A DNA stretch of 64,000 nt, from positions 146,261-210,260 of the forward strand of contig CBDHEC010000051.1 of assembly GCA_965261975.1 (NCBI GenBank), read 5' to 3'. The notes under the pieces are model-generated. The model was not told where the DNA came from. It made no database searches and saw only the letters and a program-made list of their open reading frames with translations. This DNA comes from Alphaproteobacteria bacterium (GTDB lineage: Bacteria; Pseudomonadota; Alphaproteobacteria; UBA6615). This document shows positions 49,939 to 60,479 of this stretch, one piece after another; positions within the stretch are counted from its first letter, which is position 1, and each line of letters starts with the position of its first letter. Position numbers and translations under genes: made by a program.

Positions 49939-51036
49939 CTATTCGCCAAGCGCCGTGTTGACGCGTGGCATGACCTCGTGAGCCATGAGTTCCATCGAGC
50001 GGCGTGACAGCGCAACATCCGCCCAGTCATGCCCGGTGTACATAAGCCGGCCGAACGGGCCGATGATCTCGCGCAGTTCCAGCAACTGTTCGACGACACT
50101 CTCAACCGAACCGGCGATCACCTGGGTATCGAGCGAGTGACGTACGGAAACCTCTTCGTCGGGTTGATCGGGATGCGACTTGAACAGTCCCATGCCCGTC
50201 GCGCCACGCCCCTTCAGCAGCTTCTTCTGAATGTTAGAGAAGTAGAATCCGTAGGGACCGTCTTCGCTGCGCGCATATTTGATTGCCGTGTCGTCATCGT
50301 CGGCGACGAAGATGCTCTTGGCCACGGACCATTGTGAAGGGTCTTCGGGCAGACCTGCGTTTTTCTGGCCTTCGACGAATTTCGGCAGATGTGTCGCCAC
50401 CCAATGGGCCTGCACATAGTTCGATGAGATGCCGCGCCAGCCCCGCTCGGCTGCCATCGTGATCCCCTTCGAATAGGGGGCCAGCGCCGTAAACACGATC
50501 GGCGGATGGGGTTTCTGGAGCGGCTTGGGAATCAGGCCCTGGCCAATCTCCGGATAGAGCGTGCGCTCGGTTGAAGTCTTGAAGAACTTGCCTTCGAGAT
50601 TATAGGGCGCTTCGCCGGCCCAGATATCGAGCACCTGATTGATCGCCTCGACCATCTTCTCGTTCTTGTCGAGATCGAGATTACCGAACACTTCGATATC
50701 CGAAGGCAGGCCACCCGGTCCGATACCGAGGACAAATCGTCCGTCGAGCAGGTGATCCATCATCGCCACCTGTGCGGCGACATGCACCGGGTGATAGCTC
50801 GGCATGTTGATCACGCCGGTCCCCAGTTTGATCTGCGAGGTGCGATCGATCAGCGTCGCCAGGAAGACCAGACAGCTGGTGATCGGCTCGGCCAGGTCGG
50901 TCATATGCTCGCCGACAAATGCCTCGGTATAGCCGAGCTCGTCGGCCAGAATGATCGCCTCCTGATCCTCGCGCAAAACTTCGCGGTAATCTCGGGTGAT
51001 CGGGTGTACTGGCTGGGTGAAAAATCCGAGCTTCAT
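49939..51036 (-). CDS. Luciferase-like (LLM class) flavin-dependent oxidoreductase
   Basis: EAFVGEH, IKLGTGV, MDHLLDGRF.LGIGPG, PLQKPHPP. Confidence 0.9.
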   Translation of the reverse strand: MKLGFFTQPVHPITRDYREVLREDQEAIILADELGYTEAFVGEHMTDLAEPITSCLVFLATLIDRTSQIKLGTGVINMPSYHPVHVAAQVAMMDHLLDGRFVLGIGPGGLPSDIEVFGNLDLDKNEKMVEAINQVLDIWAGEAPYNLEGKFFKTSTERTLYPEIGQGLIPKPLQKPHPPIVFTALAPYSKGITMAAERGWRGISSNYVQAHWVATHLPKFVEGQKNAGLPEDPSQWSVAKSIFVADDDDTAIKYARSEDGPYGFYFSNIQKKLLKGRGATGMGLFKSHPDQPDEEVSVRHSLDTQVIAGSVESVVEQLLELREIIGPFGRLMYTGHDWADVALSRRSMELMAHEVMPRVNTALGE

Positions 51037-51198
51037 GGCCCTCTCCAAATCGAGCTGCATTCATAACCGGCTGCAAGGCATCGGTCACGCCAAACAGCCC
51101 CCAAAAACAGAAATTCACACGGCCCGCGTCGCACAATCGTGATTGCCCGACGCGAAGCCCATATGGCACGCCTGAGCTGGTTAACATACCGAGGCGAC

Positions 51199-52185
51199 AT
51201 GCGACTGAACCGATTACTCATGGGAGGGTTGCTCGCACTTCCACTCTGGCTTGCGGCGAGCACGGCATCTGGGCAAAGCGACGACGCGCTCTTTGTCAAA
51301 TGGCTAGAGGGCCTGCGCGCGGATGCGCTGGCTGGCGGCATCAGCCAGTCGACACTGGATCGCAGCCTCGTCGACGTGGCCCCGATCCCGCGGATTATCG
51401 AACTCGACCGCCACCAGCCCGAATCCACGATCACCTTCGAGAAATACCAGGCCCGCATCGTTAACTCGACACGCATCAGGATAGGGCGCGAGCGCCTGGC
51501 CAAGCATCGTGCGCTGCTGACCGAGATCGGCGATCAGTTCGGCGTGCAGCCGCGCTTTATCGTGGCCCTGTGGGGCATCGAAACGAATTTCGGCAGCTTT
51601 ACCGGCGGCTTCCCGGTGATCGATGCGCTGGCCACGCTCGCCTATGACGGTCGGCGCAGCAAGTATTTCCGCGGCGAACTCCTCAAGGCGCTGCAGATTC
51701 TAGAGGAGGGACATATCGAACCCGAAGACATGAAGGGAAGCTGGGCCGGCGCCATGGGCCAGTCCCAGTTCATGCCGTCGAGCTTCCTCAACTTCGCCCA
51801 CGACTATGACGGGGATGGTGCCAAGGATATCTGGAACACCCAGGCGGATGTCTTCGCTTCTGCGGCAAACTACCTGAAGGGGGTCGGCTGGAACGACGAC
51901 ATCACCTGGGGCCGCAAGGTCGCCTTGCCGGACAGCTTCGACGGTTCGCTCATATCGCTGGATGTCGTCAAACCGCTCGGCGAATGGCAGGAACTTGGCG
52001 TGCGCCGTGCAGACGGCCGGGACCTGCCCACCCGAAATATTCCCGCATCGGTCCTGCGTCCGGGCGGCGAGGGCGGTCAGGCTTTCATCATCTATGACAA
52101 TTATCGCGCGATATTGCGCTGGAACCGCTCCCACTATTTCGCCATGGCGGTTGGCCAACTGTCGGACCGAATCGCGGGCCGCTAG
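51199..52185 (+). CDS. mltB: Lytic murein transglycosylase B
   Basis: ALWGIETNFG, GSWAGAMGQSQFMPSSF, WNRSHYFA. Confidence 0.92.
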   Translation: MRLNRLLMGGLLALPLWLAASTASGQSDDALFVKWLEGLRADALAGGISQSTLDRSLVDVAPIPRIIELDRHQPESTITFEKYQARIVNSTRIRIGRERLAKHRALLTEIGDQFGVQPRFIVALWGIETNFGSFTGGFPVIDALATLAYDGRRSKYFRGELLKALQILEEGHIEPEDMKGSWAGAMGQSQFMPSSFLNFAHDYDGDGAKDIWNTQADVFASAANYLKGVGWNDDITWGRKVALPDSFDGSLISLDVVKPLGEWQELGVRRADGRDLPTRNIPASVLRPGGEGGQAFIIYDNYRAILRWNRSHYFAMAVGQLSDRIAGR

Positions 52186-52199
52186 GGTAGAAACAAATA

Positions 52200-53201
52200 A
52201 TGACTGGAATTGGCTTGAGATTCAGAGGGATACCCGGCATTGGCCAGCAGTTGCGGCCGGTTGCCCTGGCAGCGCTTTGCTGTTTCGGGCTTGCCGCTTG
52301 CGCGGAGACCGAATTCCTCGTCCACACCGCCAAACAGATGAATGGTTCGGCGGATTCCGGCGCCAAGCTCGGGCGTTACAAGGTTGGATCGCCCTATCAG
52401 ATCAAGAGTGTCTGGTACTACCCGACAGAGGATTACGAATACACCGAGACCGGCATCGCGTCCTGGTACGGCCCGAATTTCCACGGCAAGAAAACGGCCA
52501 ATGGTGAGATCTACAATCAGAATGACCTGACGGCGGCGCACCGGACCCTGCCGCTGCCCAGCGCGGTGCGCGTGACGAATCTGGAAAACGGCCGCTCGCT
52601 CGTACTGCGGATCAATGATCGCGGACCTTTTGCGCACGGGCGCATCATCGATGTGTCGCGCCGCGGGGCGCAACTCCTGGGCTTTGAGCGGAATGGCACG
52701 GCAAAAGTCCGGGTCGATATCCTGCCCGACGAGAGCCGTCAGTTAAAAGTCGCGGCGATCAACGGCAGCGAACAGCAACTGCAGGTCGCAGCGTCACCGC
52801 GCGAGGCCGTGGTCTCCAGACCGTTGCCCGCCAGCGGCGCCAGCGCAGGCTCGTCGCCGACCTCGACTGCCCGCCAGACTCCTGTTCAGACGGCCCCGCT
52901 GGAACCCGCGCCGGCTCCCCGGTCGCGTGCGCCGGTGCTGTCGAACGAAGTCGAAGTGCTGCCTGTATCACCGACGGGCATCTATGTTCAGGCCGGAGCC
53001 TTTTCACGGCTTGAGAATGCGCTGCGCATGCGCGACCGCGTTTTCGACATGGGGCCCACCCAGATCAGCCGGTTCGCGGTCTCGGGGACCGAGATTTACC
53101 GGGTTCGGATCGGACCGCTCGGCACGGTCGATGTTGCGGATGTAACCCTCTCCCAGGTTTTGAACGCCGGCGTGTCCGAGGCCCGGCTGATCGTCGAGTA
53201 A
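52200..53201 (+). CDS. rlpA: Septal ring lytic transglycosylase RlpA (lipoprotein, SPOR domain)
   Basis: LAAC lipobox, GIASWYG, TAAHRTLP, RINDRGP, YVQAGAF SPOR. Confidence 0.95.
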   Translation: MTGIGLRFRGIPGIGQQLRPVALAALCCFGLAACAETEFLVHTAKQMNGSADSGAKLGRYKVGSPYQIKSVWYYPTEDYEYTETGIASWYGPNFHGKKTANGEIYNQNDLTAAHRTLPLPSAVRVTNLENGRSLVLRINDRGPFAHGRIIDVSRRGAQLLGFERNGTAKVRVDILPDESRQLKVAAINGSEQQLQVAASPREAVVSRPLPASGASAGSSPTSTARQTPVQTAPLEPAPAPRSRAPVLSNEVEVLPVSPTGIYVQAGAFSRLENALRMRDRVFDMGPTQISRFAVSGTEIYRVRIGPLGTVDVADVTLSQVLNAGVSEARLIVE

Positions 53202-53277
53202 CGGCGTGACATTATTCCGTCGCATTCACCGTTATAGTGGTGTCGTTCGTTCCACCCGCACATGTGAATTCTCTGCC

Positions 53278-54456
53278 ATGCCCCGTATTGCCCGTCGCAT
53301 TCGCAACGCCCTCCTGGTCCTGACCGCATTCGCGGTGATCGCCCCGGCGCAGGCGGCGCCGCCGACCTTCCAGACCACGGCGCGCCAGGCGATCCTGATT
53401 GATTTCGATACCGGTGCGGTGCTGTTCGAGAAGGATTCGGATTCTCCAATGTTCCCGGCGTCCATGAGCAAGATCATGACGTCGCTGCTCGTGTTCGACG
53501 AATTGCGCGCGGGACGTTTGGAAATGGACAGCACTTTCCGTGTTTCAGAGAAGGCTTGGCGCAAGGGCGGCTCGAAAATGTTCGTGAGCGTCAACGACGA
53601 GATCAAAATCGAGGATCTGCTGCGTGGCATCATCGTACAGTCCGGCAATGACGCGTCGATCGTAATCGCCGAAGGCATCGCCGGCAGCGAGGAGGCCTTC
53701 GCCGAGCGTATGACCGAGCGGGCAATAGAGATCGGCCTGGACAGCACCCAGTTCCGTAATGCCACGGGCTGGCCGGACCCCGACCACGTCACCACGGCGC
53801 GCGACCTTGCCAAGCTGGCCCTGTTCCTGATCCGGGAATACCCGGAATTCTATGGCCTGTATTCCGAGCGCGAGTTTACCTACGGCAAAAGCCTGGACGG
53901 CAAGCCCATCACCCAGGGCAACCGCAACCCGCTGCTCTACAAGGCGGTCGGCGCCGATGGCCTCAAGACCGGTCATACCGAAGCTTCGGGTTTCGGGCTC
54001 ACGGCATCGGCCGTGCGTGGTGAGCGCCGCCTGGTCATGGTCATCAACGGGCTCGATAGTGTGCGGGCACGCAGTTCTGAATCCGAGCGCCTGCTCAACT
54101 GGGGCTTCCGGGTCTTCGACAATTACAAATTGTTTGAGGCCGGGGAGACCGTCGAAGAAGCGAAGGTCTGGCTCGGCGACGCGGGCACCGTACCGCTGGT
54201 CATCGAGGACTCCCTCGCCGTGACCATTCCGAAGTCCTCGCGCCGGGGCATGCGCGTCAAGGTCATGTATGAAAGCCCGATCCCGGCACCGATCAGTGCC
54301 GGCGTCGAGGTCGCGCGGCTCGAAGTCACGGTACCGGACATGGAGCCGATCAGCCGTTCGCTGAAAACGGCCAGTGATGTCGGGCAACTCGACTTTTTCG
54401 GGCGCATCACCAGCGCCATCAATTTCATCATCTTCGGTTCGTCTTCGGGCGGTTGA
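53278..54456 (+). CDS. dacA: D-alanyl-D-alanine carboxypeptidase (PBP5/6)
   Basis: PASMSK, SGNDA and KTG motifs; PBP5 C-terminal domain. Confidence 0.93.
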   Translation: MPRIARRIRNALLVLTAFAVIAPAQAAPPTFQTTARQAILIDFDTGAVLFEKDSDSPMFPASMSKIMTSLLVFDELRAGRLEMDSTFRVSEKAWRKGGSKMFVSVNDEIKIEDLLRGIIVQSGNDASIVIAEGIAGSEEAFAERMTERAIEIGLDSTQFRNATGWPDPDHVTTARDLAKLALFLIREYPEFYGLYSEREFTYGKSLDGKPITQGNRNPLLYKAVGADGLKTGHTEASGFGLTASAVRGERRLVMVINGLDSVRARSSESERLLNWGFRVFDNYKLFEAGETVEEAKVWLGDAGTVPLVIEDSLAVTIPKSSRRGMRVKVMYESPIPAPISAGVEVARLEVTVPDMEPISRSLKTASDVGQLDFFGRITSAINFIIFGSSSGG

Positions 54457-54488
54457 CCCCACCGGCAACCCATGTGACATCTGCCGAT

Positions 54489-55163
54489 ATGAATGCGAAC
54501 CAGCCGCGCGGCAAATTCATTACATTCGAAGGTGGGGAAGGGGCCGGCAAGACGACCCAGATCTCACGCCTCGCCGATCGTCTGCAGTCGCAAGGCATCA
54601 CCACCATCACGACACGGGAGCCGGGCGGGGCGCCGGGCGCCGATTCCATCCGGTCTCTGCTGGTGTCCGGTGCCACGGACAAATGGGACCCGATCAGCGA
54701 AGTCTTGTTGCTCTATGCCGGGCGTCGCGAACATCTGAAGCAGACCATTATCCCGGCGCTCGACCAGGGCGCCTGGGTGCTGTGCGACCGGTTCTCGGAT
54801 TCCACCATGGCCTATCAGGGCTACGGGCACGGCCTGTCGAAGGATTTCATCCGTGCTGTACACGACGAGGTCGTTGGCGGGGCTGACCCCGACCTGACCC
54901 TGATCCTCGATATCCCGGTGGATGTCGGCATCGAACGCGCCAATTCGCGGAACACGAGCACGCGCAGCGGGGAGGACCGGTTCGAGCGGATGTATAAGTC
55001 ATTCCATGAACGTCTGCGCGCCGGCTTCCTCGACATTGCCGAGGGCGAACCCGAACGGGTCCGGGTAATCGATGCGGATTCGACGCCCGAGGCCGTCACG
55101 AAGAGCGTCTGGCAGGCTGTCTCCGACAAATTCGGCCTCGATGCATCGGCGGGCCGGGCATGA
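54489..55163 (+). CDS. tmk: Thymidylate kinase
   Basis: FEGGEGAGKTT, TREPGG, CDRFSDSTMAYQG. Confidence 0.97.
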   Translation: MNANQPRGKFITFEGGEGAGKTTQISRLADRLQSQGITTITTREPGGAPGADSIRSLLVSGATDKWDPISEVLLLYAGRREHLKQTIIPALDQGAWVLCDRFSDSTMAYQGYGHGLSKDFIRAVHDEVVGGADPDLTLILDIPVDVGIERANSRNTSTRSGEDRFERMYKSFHERLRAGFLDIAEGEPERVRVIDADSTPEAVTKSVWQAVSDKFGLDASAGRA

Positions 55164-56191
55164 GCGACGAGCTGATCGAACGCATCGAGCGGCCGCGGCT
55201 CGAAACAGGGTCACTGATCGGCCACGAAGCCGCACGGCAGTCCATTGTCCAGGCGCGAAATACCGGGCGCATGGCCCATGCATGGCTGTTGACCGGACCG
55301 GCGGGGATCGGCAAGGCGACATTGGCGTGGCGGTTCGCCCGCCTGGTACTGTCGGCCCCGGATGCGGCCGTATCCGACGAGGATATCGAGACGGACTCCG
55401 CCCATCCCGACGTGCGCAAGATCATCGCCGGCGCGCACCCGGATTGCCGGCTGATACGCCGCAGCATGACCAAGCGTTCGCCCTATCGTTTCCGAACCGA
55501 GATATCGGTCGAGGACATCCGGGATTCCGCGACGTTTCTGCACCACACGGCCGCGATGAGCGACTGGCGCTGCCTCATCGTCGATGCTGCCGACGAGATG
55601 AACCTCAATGCCCAGAACGCGCTGCTCAAGGTCCTGGAAGAGCCTCCGCCACGCACGTTGATTTTGCTGGTGGCCCATGCACCTTCGCGTCTGCTGCCGA
55701 CGATCCGGTCGCGTTGCCGCACCTTGCCACTGCATCCGCTTGGCGCCGAACAGGTCGCGGAAGTCATGGCGCGTGCCGGGAGCGAACTCGCACCCGATGA
55801 AATGAAGATCATTTCCGATATCTCGGGGGGATCACCGGGCAAAGCGCTGGATCTGGCCCGGGCCGGCGGGCTTGAGCTTTATCATGACCTGTCCCAACTG
55901 GTTGAAAACCTGCCGCAACTCGATACCGAGCAGCTGCACATGACGTCCGACAAGTTCGCCGGCGCCGCGGGCGAGGCGGGATACCGGACTTTCCTCGAGA
56001 TTCTGAACTGGTGGATGTTGCGCCGTATCCGTACCGACGCCACTTCGGGCGCGCGCGGGCTTGAGCGCTGGCTGAAAGCGTGGGAGAACGTCAACGAGCT
56101 GACGACCCGCGCCGACAGCGTGAACCTCGACCGCAAACAAGTTGTTCTGAATACGTTTTTTGAACTTTCCGCCGCCGCGAAGGCGGCATAA
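55160..56191 (+). CDS. holB: DNA polymerase III subunit delta'
   Basis: HAWLLTGPAGIGKAT, AQNALLKVLEEPP, LPTIRSRC. Confidence 0.95.
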   Translation: MSDELIERIERPRLETGSLIGHEAARQSIVQARNTGRMAHAWLLTGPAGIGKATLAWRFARLVLSAPDAAVSDEDIETDSAHPDVRKIIAGAHPDCRLIRRSMTKRSPYRFRTEISVEDIRDSATFLHHTAAMSDWRCLIVDAADEMNLNAQNALLKVLEEPPPRTLILLVAHAPSRLLPTIRSRCRTLPLHPLGAEQVAEVMARAGSELAPDEMKIISDISGGSPGKALDLARAGGLELYHDLSQLVENLPQLDTEQLHMTSDKFAGAAGEAGYRTFLEILNWWMLRRIRTDATSGARGLERWLKAWENVNELTTRADSVNLDRKQVVLNTFFELSAAAKAA

Positions 56192-56214
56192 CGAATGGAT
56201 CCCGGTAAGCCACC

Positions 56215-56457
56215 ATGCAGGCCTATCTTCTGCGATACCTGACGCCGCTGACCTACCTGATGTGGGTGGTCATTATCATCGGCATGGTCGATCATTTCTT
56301 CCTTGAGCCGCGCGGCCTGGCGTTTCTGCCGCCGGCCGTGTTCGACTGGCTTCTGATTTTGATGTGGCCATTGCTCGCAGCGGTCTGGTTCGGCAATAAA
56401 GCAAACGAGAAACGAAAAGCCGAAGCGCGGGCCGCAGAACCGCCGGCAGAAGACTGA
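56215..56457 (+). CDS. Small hypothetical membrane protein (two TM segments)
   Basis: 80 aa, two hydrophobic segments and a charged tail; fills the holB-metG gap. Confidence 0.6.
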   Translation: MQAYLLRYLTPLTYLMWVVIIIGMVDHFFLEPRGLAFLPPAVFDWLLILMWPLLAAVWFGNKANEKRKAEARAAEPPAED

Positions 56458-56499
56458 AACCGAACAACGCGTAACCCTGGCACTTGAAAGACCAATACC

Positions 56500-58053
56500 G
56501 TGGCATCAAGCCCGTACTACATCACGACGCCGATCTACTATGTGAACGATCGGCCGCATATCGGCCACGCCTACACGACGTTGGCGTGCGATGTGCTGGC
56601 GCGCTTCAAGCGGCTGGACGGCTATGATGTGCATTTCCTTACCGGGACCGACGAACACGGGCAGAAGGTCGAGAAATCGGCCCAGGCCGCGGGCGTCGAC
56701 CCCCAGGCCTTTACCGATGAGGTGAGCCAGAACTTCCGTCGTTTGGCGGAGGACATGAACTATTCCAACGACGATTTCATCCGCACCACGGAAGAACGTC
56801 ACGTCAAATCCGCCCAGGCCATCTGGCAGGCGATCAAGGATAACGGCCACATCTATCTGGGCAGCTATTCGGGCTGGTATGCCGTGCGTGACGAGGCTTT
56901 CTACGGGGAGGGCGAACTCGAGGAAGATGAAGACGGCCGGAAAGTCGCGCCCACCGGGGCCGAGGTCGAGTGGGTCGAAGAGCCGAGCTATTTCTTCGAT
57001 CTGTCGAAATGGCAGCAGCCGCTGCTCGATTTCTATGCCGCCAACCCCGATTTCATCGGCCCCGACACCCGGCGGAACGAGGTGGTCAGCTTCGTCGAGG
57101 GCGGGCTCAAGGATCTCTCGATCAGCCGCACCAGCTTTAAATGGGGCATCCCGGTGCCCGATGATCCCGAGCACATCATGTATGTGTGGCTCGATGCTCT
57201 GACCAACTACATCACCGCCGTGGGCTATCCCGACGAGGAAAATCCAGATTATTCAAAGTTCTGGCCCGCGGACCTTCACATGGTGGGCAAGGACATTGTC
57301 CGGTTTCATGCGGTCTATTGGCCCGCGTTCCTGATGGCCGCCGGGCTGGCACCGCCGAAGCGGGTCTATGCCCATGGCTGGCTGCTGAACAAGGGCGAGA
57401 AAATGTCCAAATCCCTGGGCAATGTCGTTTTGCCCGAGGATCTGGTTAAGCAATATGGCCTCGACCCCGTGCGCTACTACCTGCTGCGCGAGGTGCCCTT
57501 TGGCAATGACGGCTATATCAGCCACGAAACCATGGTCTCGCGGATCAACGGCGACCTGGCGAACGATATCGGCAACCTGGCCCAGCGTTCCCTGTCCATG
57601 GTCGCCAAGAACTGCGACGGAAAGGTCCCGGAACCCGGCGATTTCACCGAAGACGACGAGAAACTCCTCGCGGCCGCCCATGGCGCGCTGGAGAAAGTAC
57701 GCACGGAGTTCGACCGGCAGGCCTTCCACCGCGGGCTCGAGGCGATCTGGCAGGTCGTCAGCGACGCCAACCGCTATGTGGATGCCCAGGCCCCGTGGGC
57801 GCTGCGCAAGACCGACCCGCCGCGCATGGGCACGGTCCTCTATGTGCTGGCCGAGACGATCCGCCAACTGGGCATTCTCGTGCAGCCGGTGATGCCGACT
57901 GCGGCCGCAAATATGCTGGATCAGCTCGAAATTTCACCCGATGCGCGCAGTTTCGACCATCTCGGCCCCGACAACGCACTTGTCGCCGGCACCGCGCTGC
58001 CCAAGCCGTCTCCGGTCTTTCCGCGTTATGTCGATGAAGAGTCCGCGGACTAA
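56500..58053 (+). CDS. metG: Methionine--tRNA ligase
   Basis: [27 protein letters not shown]. Confidence 0.98.
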   Translation: MASSPYYITTPIYYVNDRPHIGHAYTTLACDVLARFKRLDGYDVHFLTGTDEHGQKVEKSAQAAGVDPQAFTDEVSQNFRRLAEDMNYSNDDFIRTTEERHVKSAQAIWQAIKDNGHIYLGSYSGWYAVRDEAFYGEGELEEDEDGRKVAPTGAEVEWVEEPSYFFDLSKWQQPLLDFYAANPDFIGPDTRRNEVVSFVEGGLKDLSISRTSFKWGIPVPDDPEHIMYVWLDALTNYITAVGYPDEENPDYSKFWPADLHMVGKDIVRFHAVYWPAFLMAAGLAPPKRVYAHGWLLNKGEKMSKSLGNVVLPEDLVKQYGLDPVRYYLLREVPFGNDGYISHETMVSRINGDLANDIGNLAQRSLSMVAKNCDGKVPEPGDFTEDDEKLLAAAHGALEKVRTEFDRQAFHRGLEAIWQVVSDANRYVDAQAPWALRKTDPPRMGTVLYVLAETIRQLGILVQPVMPTAAANMLDQLEISPDARSFDHLGPDNALVAGTALPKPSPVFPRYVDEESAD

Positions 58054-58058
58054 GCGCC

Positions 58059-58847
58059 GTGCTGGTCGATAGCCACTGCCACCTGGATTTCGCGGATTTC
58101 GGCGACGAGGTCGATGATGTCGTCGCACGTGCCCGCGGTGCCGGCGTCGGCACGATGGTCTCGATTTCGACTCATCTCAGCCGATTTGACGGCGTCAGGG
58201 CCGTCGCCGAGCGCTTCGACGATGTCTGGTGCAGCGTCGGAGTGCATCCACACCATGCGGGCGAGGAGGGCCAGGACACGCCCGACCGGCTGATTGAACT
58301 GGCCGCGCACCCGCGCGTGGTCGGCATCGGCGAGTCCGGGCTCGATTATTACTACGATCGCAGCCCGCGCGATCGCCAGCAGATCAGCTTCCGCGCCCAT
58401 ATTGCAGCCGCGCGCGAGACCGGCCTGCCGTTGATTGTCCATGCCCGTGACGCCGACGAAGACACCGCCGACATCCTGCGCGACGAAATGGGGAAGGGCG
58501 CGTTCACCGGGGTCATGCATTGTTTCTCCAGCGGGCGCGGCCTGGCCGAGGCCGCGCTGGAACTGGGCATGTATGTGAGTTTCTCCGGCATCCTGACGTT
58601 CAAAAACGCCCAGGAACTGCGTGATATCGCCCGCGATGTGCCGGAAGAGCGGCTGCTGGTCGAGACCGACGCGCCGTTCCTCGCGCCGGTTCCCAACCGG
58701 GGCCAACGTAACGAGCCCGCCTTCGTGGTACACACCGCGGAAACCCTCGCCGCGGTGAAAGGCCTGGACATCTCGGCCCTGCACAACAAAACCAGTGAGA
58801 ACTTCTTTCGCCTGTTCTCGCGTGCAGAACGGCCCGCAAACCCGTGA
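58059..58847 (+). CDS. tatD: TatD family hydrolase
   Basis: DSHCH, GVHPH, IGESGLDY, VETDAPFLAP. Confidence 0.93.
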   Translation: MLVDSHCHLDFADFGDEVDDVVARARGAGVGTMVSISTHLSRFDGVRAVAERFDDVWCSVGVHPHHAGEEGQDTPDRLIELAAHPRVVGIGESGLDYYYDRSPRDRQQISFRAHIAAARETGLPLIVHARDADEDTADILRDEMGKGAFTGVMHCFSSGRGLAEAALELGMYVSFSGILTFKNAQELRDIARDVPEERLLVETDAPFLAPVPNRGQRNEPAFVVHTAETLAAVKGLDISALHNKTSENFFRLFSRAERPANP

Positions 58848-59620
58848 AAATCACGCTTCTGGGCTGCGGCAGCTCGGGCGGCACACCGCTGCTGGGACCG
58901 AACGGCTGGGCCGATATCGACCGGGATGACCCGCGAAATCGCCGTCGCCGGCCATCGATCATCGTCGAGACCGAGAACACGCGGATTCTGGTCGATACGG
59001 GCCCTGACATGCGCGCCCAGCTCCTCGATGCGGACGTTTGGCAGGTGGATGCGATCCTGTTCACCCACGCCCACGCGGATCATGTGAACGGCATCGACGA
59101 TATCCGCACACTGAACCACTATCATGGCGGCGCGATCGACGGGTTCGGCAGCGCCGAGACCCTGGACGTACTTCAGGAACGGTTCGCCTATATTTTCGAG
59201 CCGTATCGGGATGTTAACCCGCAATTCTGGCGGCCTTGTTTAACGCCGCGGGTGATCGACGGGCCGTTCACGATTGGCGATATCGACATCCAGCCTTTCC
59301 ATCAGGAACATGGGCGCATGCCGTCACTGGGGTTTCGCTTCGGAAAGTTCGGCTACTCGACCGATGTCAAAACCCTGCCGGAAGAGGCTTTCGACCTGCT
59401 TGCCGGCATCGAGGTCTGGATCGTCGACGCGCTGGGTGAGACGCCACATCCGACCCACAGCCACGTCGATCAAACCCTCGAATGGATCGAGCGGATCGGC
59501 CCGAAACGCGCGGTTTTGACCCATCTGAGCAATCGAACCGACTATGCGAGGCTGGCGGCCAGGCTCCCCGCGGGGGTGGAACCGGGTATCGACGGAATGG
59601 TGATCCATATTCCCGAATGA
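58844..59620 (+). CDS. MBL-fold metallo-hydrolase (PhnP-like)
   Basis: LGCGSSGG, DTGPDMRAQ, THAHADH, YSTD, HPTH. Confidence 0.9.
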   Translation: MKITLLGCGSSGGTPLLGPNGWADIDRDDPRNRRRRPSIIVETENTRILVDTGPDMRAQLLDADVWQVDAILFTHAHADHVNGIDDIRTLNHYHGGAIDGFGSAETLDVLQERFAYIFEPYRDVNPQFWRPCLTPRVIDGPFTIGDIDIQPFHQEHGRMPSLGFRFGKFGYSTDVKTLPEEAFDLLAGIEVWIVDALGETPHPTHSHVDQTLEWIERIGPKRAVLTHLSNRTDYARLAARLPAGVEPGIDGMVIHIPE

Positions 59621-59701
59621 TGTACCGGGAAGGGGTTCGCCTCGGCCCGCATGACGGCCTACTGTGCACCTAACGCGTCAAATCCGAATTGGATGAAAAA
59701 C

Positions 59702-60391
59702 ATGGAACGAGAAATAATCTACGTCGGTGACCCGATGTGCTCCTGGTGCTGGGGGTTTTCGCCGGTTTTACAGAAAATCGTCGACCAGTATGGCGAGACG
59801 GCGCCCATGCGGCTGGTGGTCGGCGGGTTGCACGCTTTTGACACCGACCCGATGAATGACGAGTACAAGGCGCGGATCAAGCATCACTGGGAACAGGTCG
59901 CGGAAGCCACCGGACAGCCGTTCAATTACGCGTTTTTCGACCGCGAGGGTTTCGTCCTCGACACCGAACCGGCATGCCGCGCGTCCGTCGTCGTGCGAAA
60001 CATGAAGCCCGACGCGCTCTTGTCCTTCTACGAGCGGATCCACAAGGGTTATTACGTCGAAGACACGGACACCACGAAGCTCGAGACATTCCAGGACTAC
60101 GCTGCCAAGGAAGACATGGATGTCGCGGCCTTCACCGAGGCATTCGAATCCGAAGAGGCCAAGCAGGAAACCATCAACGACTTCACCTGGTGTCAGCAGT
60201 CCGGTGTGACCGGGTTTCCGACCGTGGTGCTGCGTGAGGACGACACACTGGCGGCATTGAGCGTCGGGTATCAGCCGTTCGACAGCCTGCAATCGATCCT
60301 GGATTCCTGGGTTTTGGGAGAGCTGAGCGTGAAGAAGCAGGTGGAAGCCGCACAGGCGGCCGACGGCTCAGAGGCACCGACGACACATTGA
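59702..60391 (+). CDS. DsbA family thioredoxin-fold protein
   Basis: YVGDPMCSWCWGF, GVTGFPT. Confidence 0.9.
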   Translation: MEREIIYVGDPMCSWCWGFSPVLQKIVDQYGETAPMRLVVGGLHAFDTDPMNDEYKARIKHHWEQVAEATGQPFNYAFFDREGFVLDTEPACRASVVVRNMKPDALLSFYERIHKGYYVEDTDTTKLETFQDYAAKEDMDVAAFTEAFESEEAKQETINDFTWCQQSGVTGFPTVVLREDDTLAALSVGYQPFDSLQSILDSWVLGELSVKKQVEAAQAADGSEAPTTH

Positions 60392-60437
60392 CAATCGATG
60401 TGGCACTTAAGGTTCTGGGTTAATTGGGATATATAAT

Positions 60438-60465
60438 ATTTAACATAATATATATTATGCGTATT
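60438..60465 (-). other. dif: dif site (XerC/XerD chromosome dimer resolution site)
   Basis: Minus strand reads AATACGCATAA-TATATA-TTATGTTAAAT; XerD arm identical to that of E. coli dif; in an AT-rich gap between convergent genes. Confidence 0.93.
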
Positions 60466-60479
60466 AGTGATATTTGGCG

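Noticed and set aside
60407-60423. TTAA...TTAA pair near dif as a CtrA site
   Set aside because: Spacing is 9 nt rather than 7, and it lies between convergent genes
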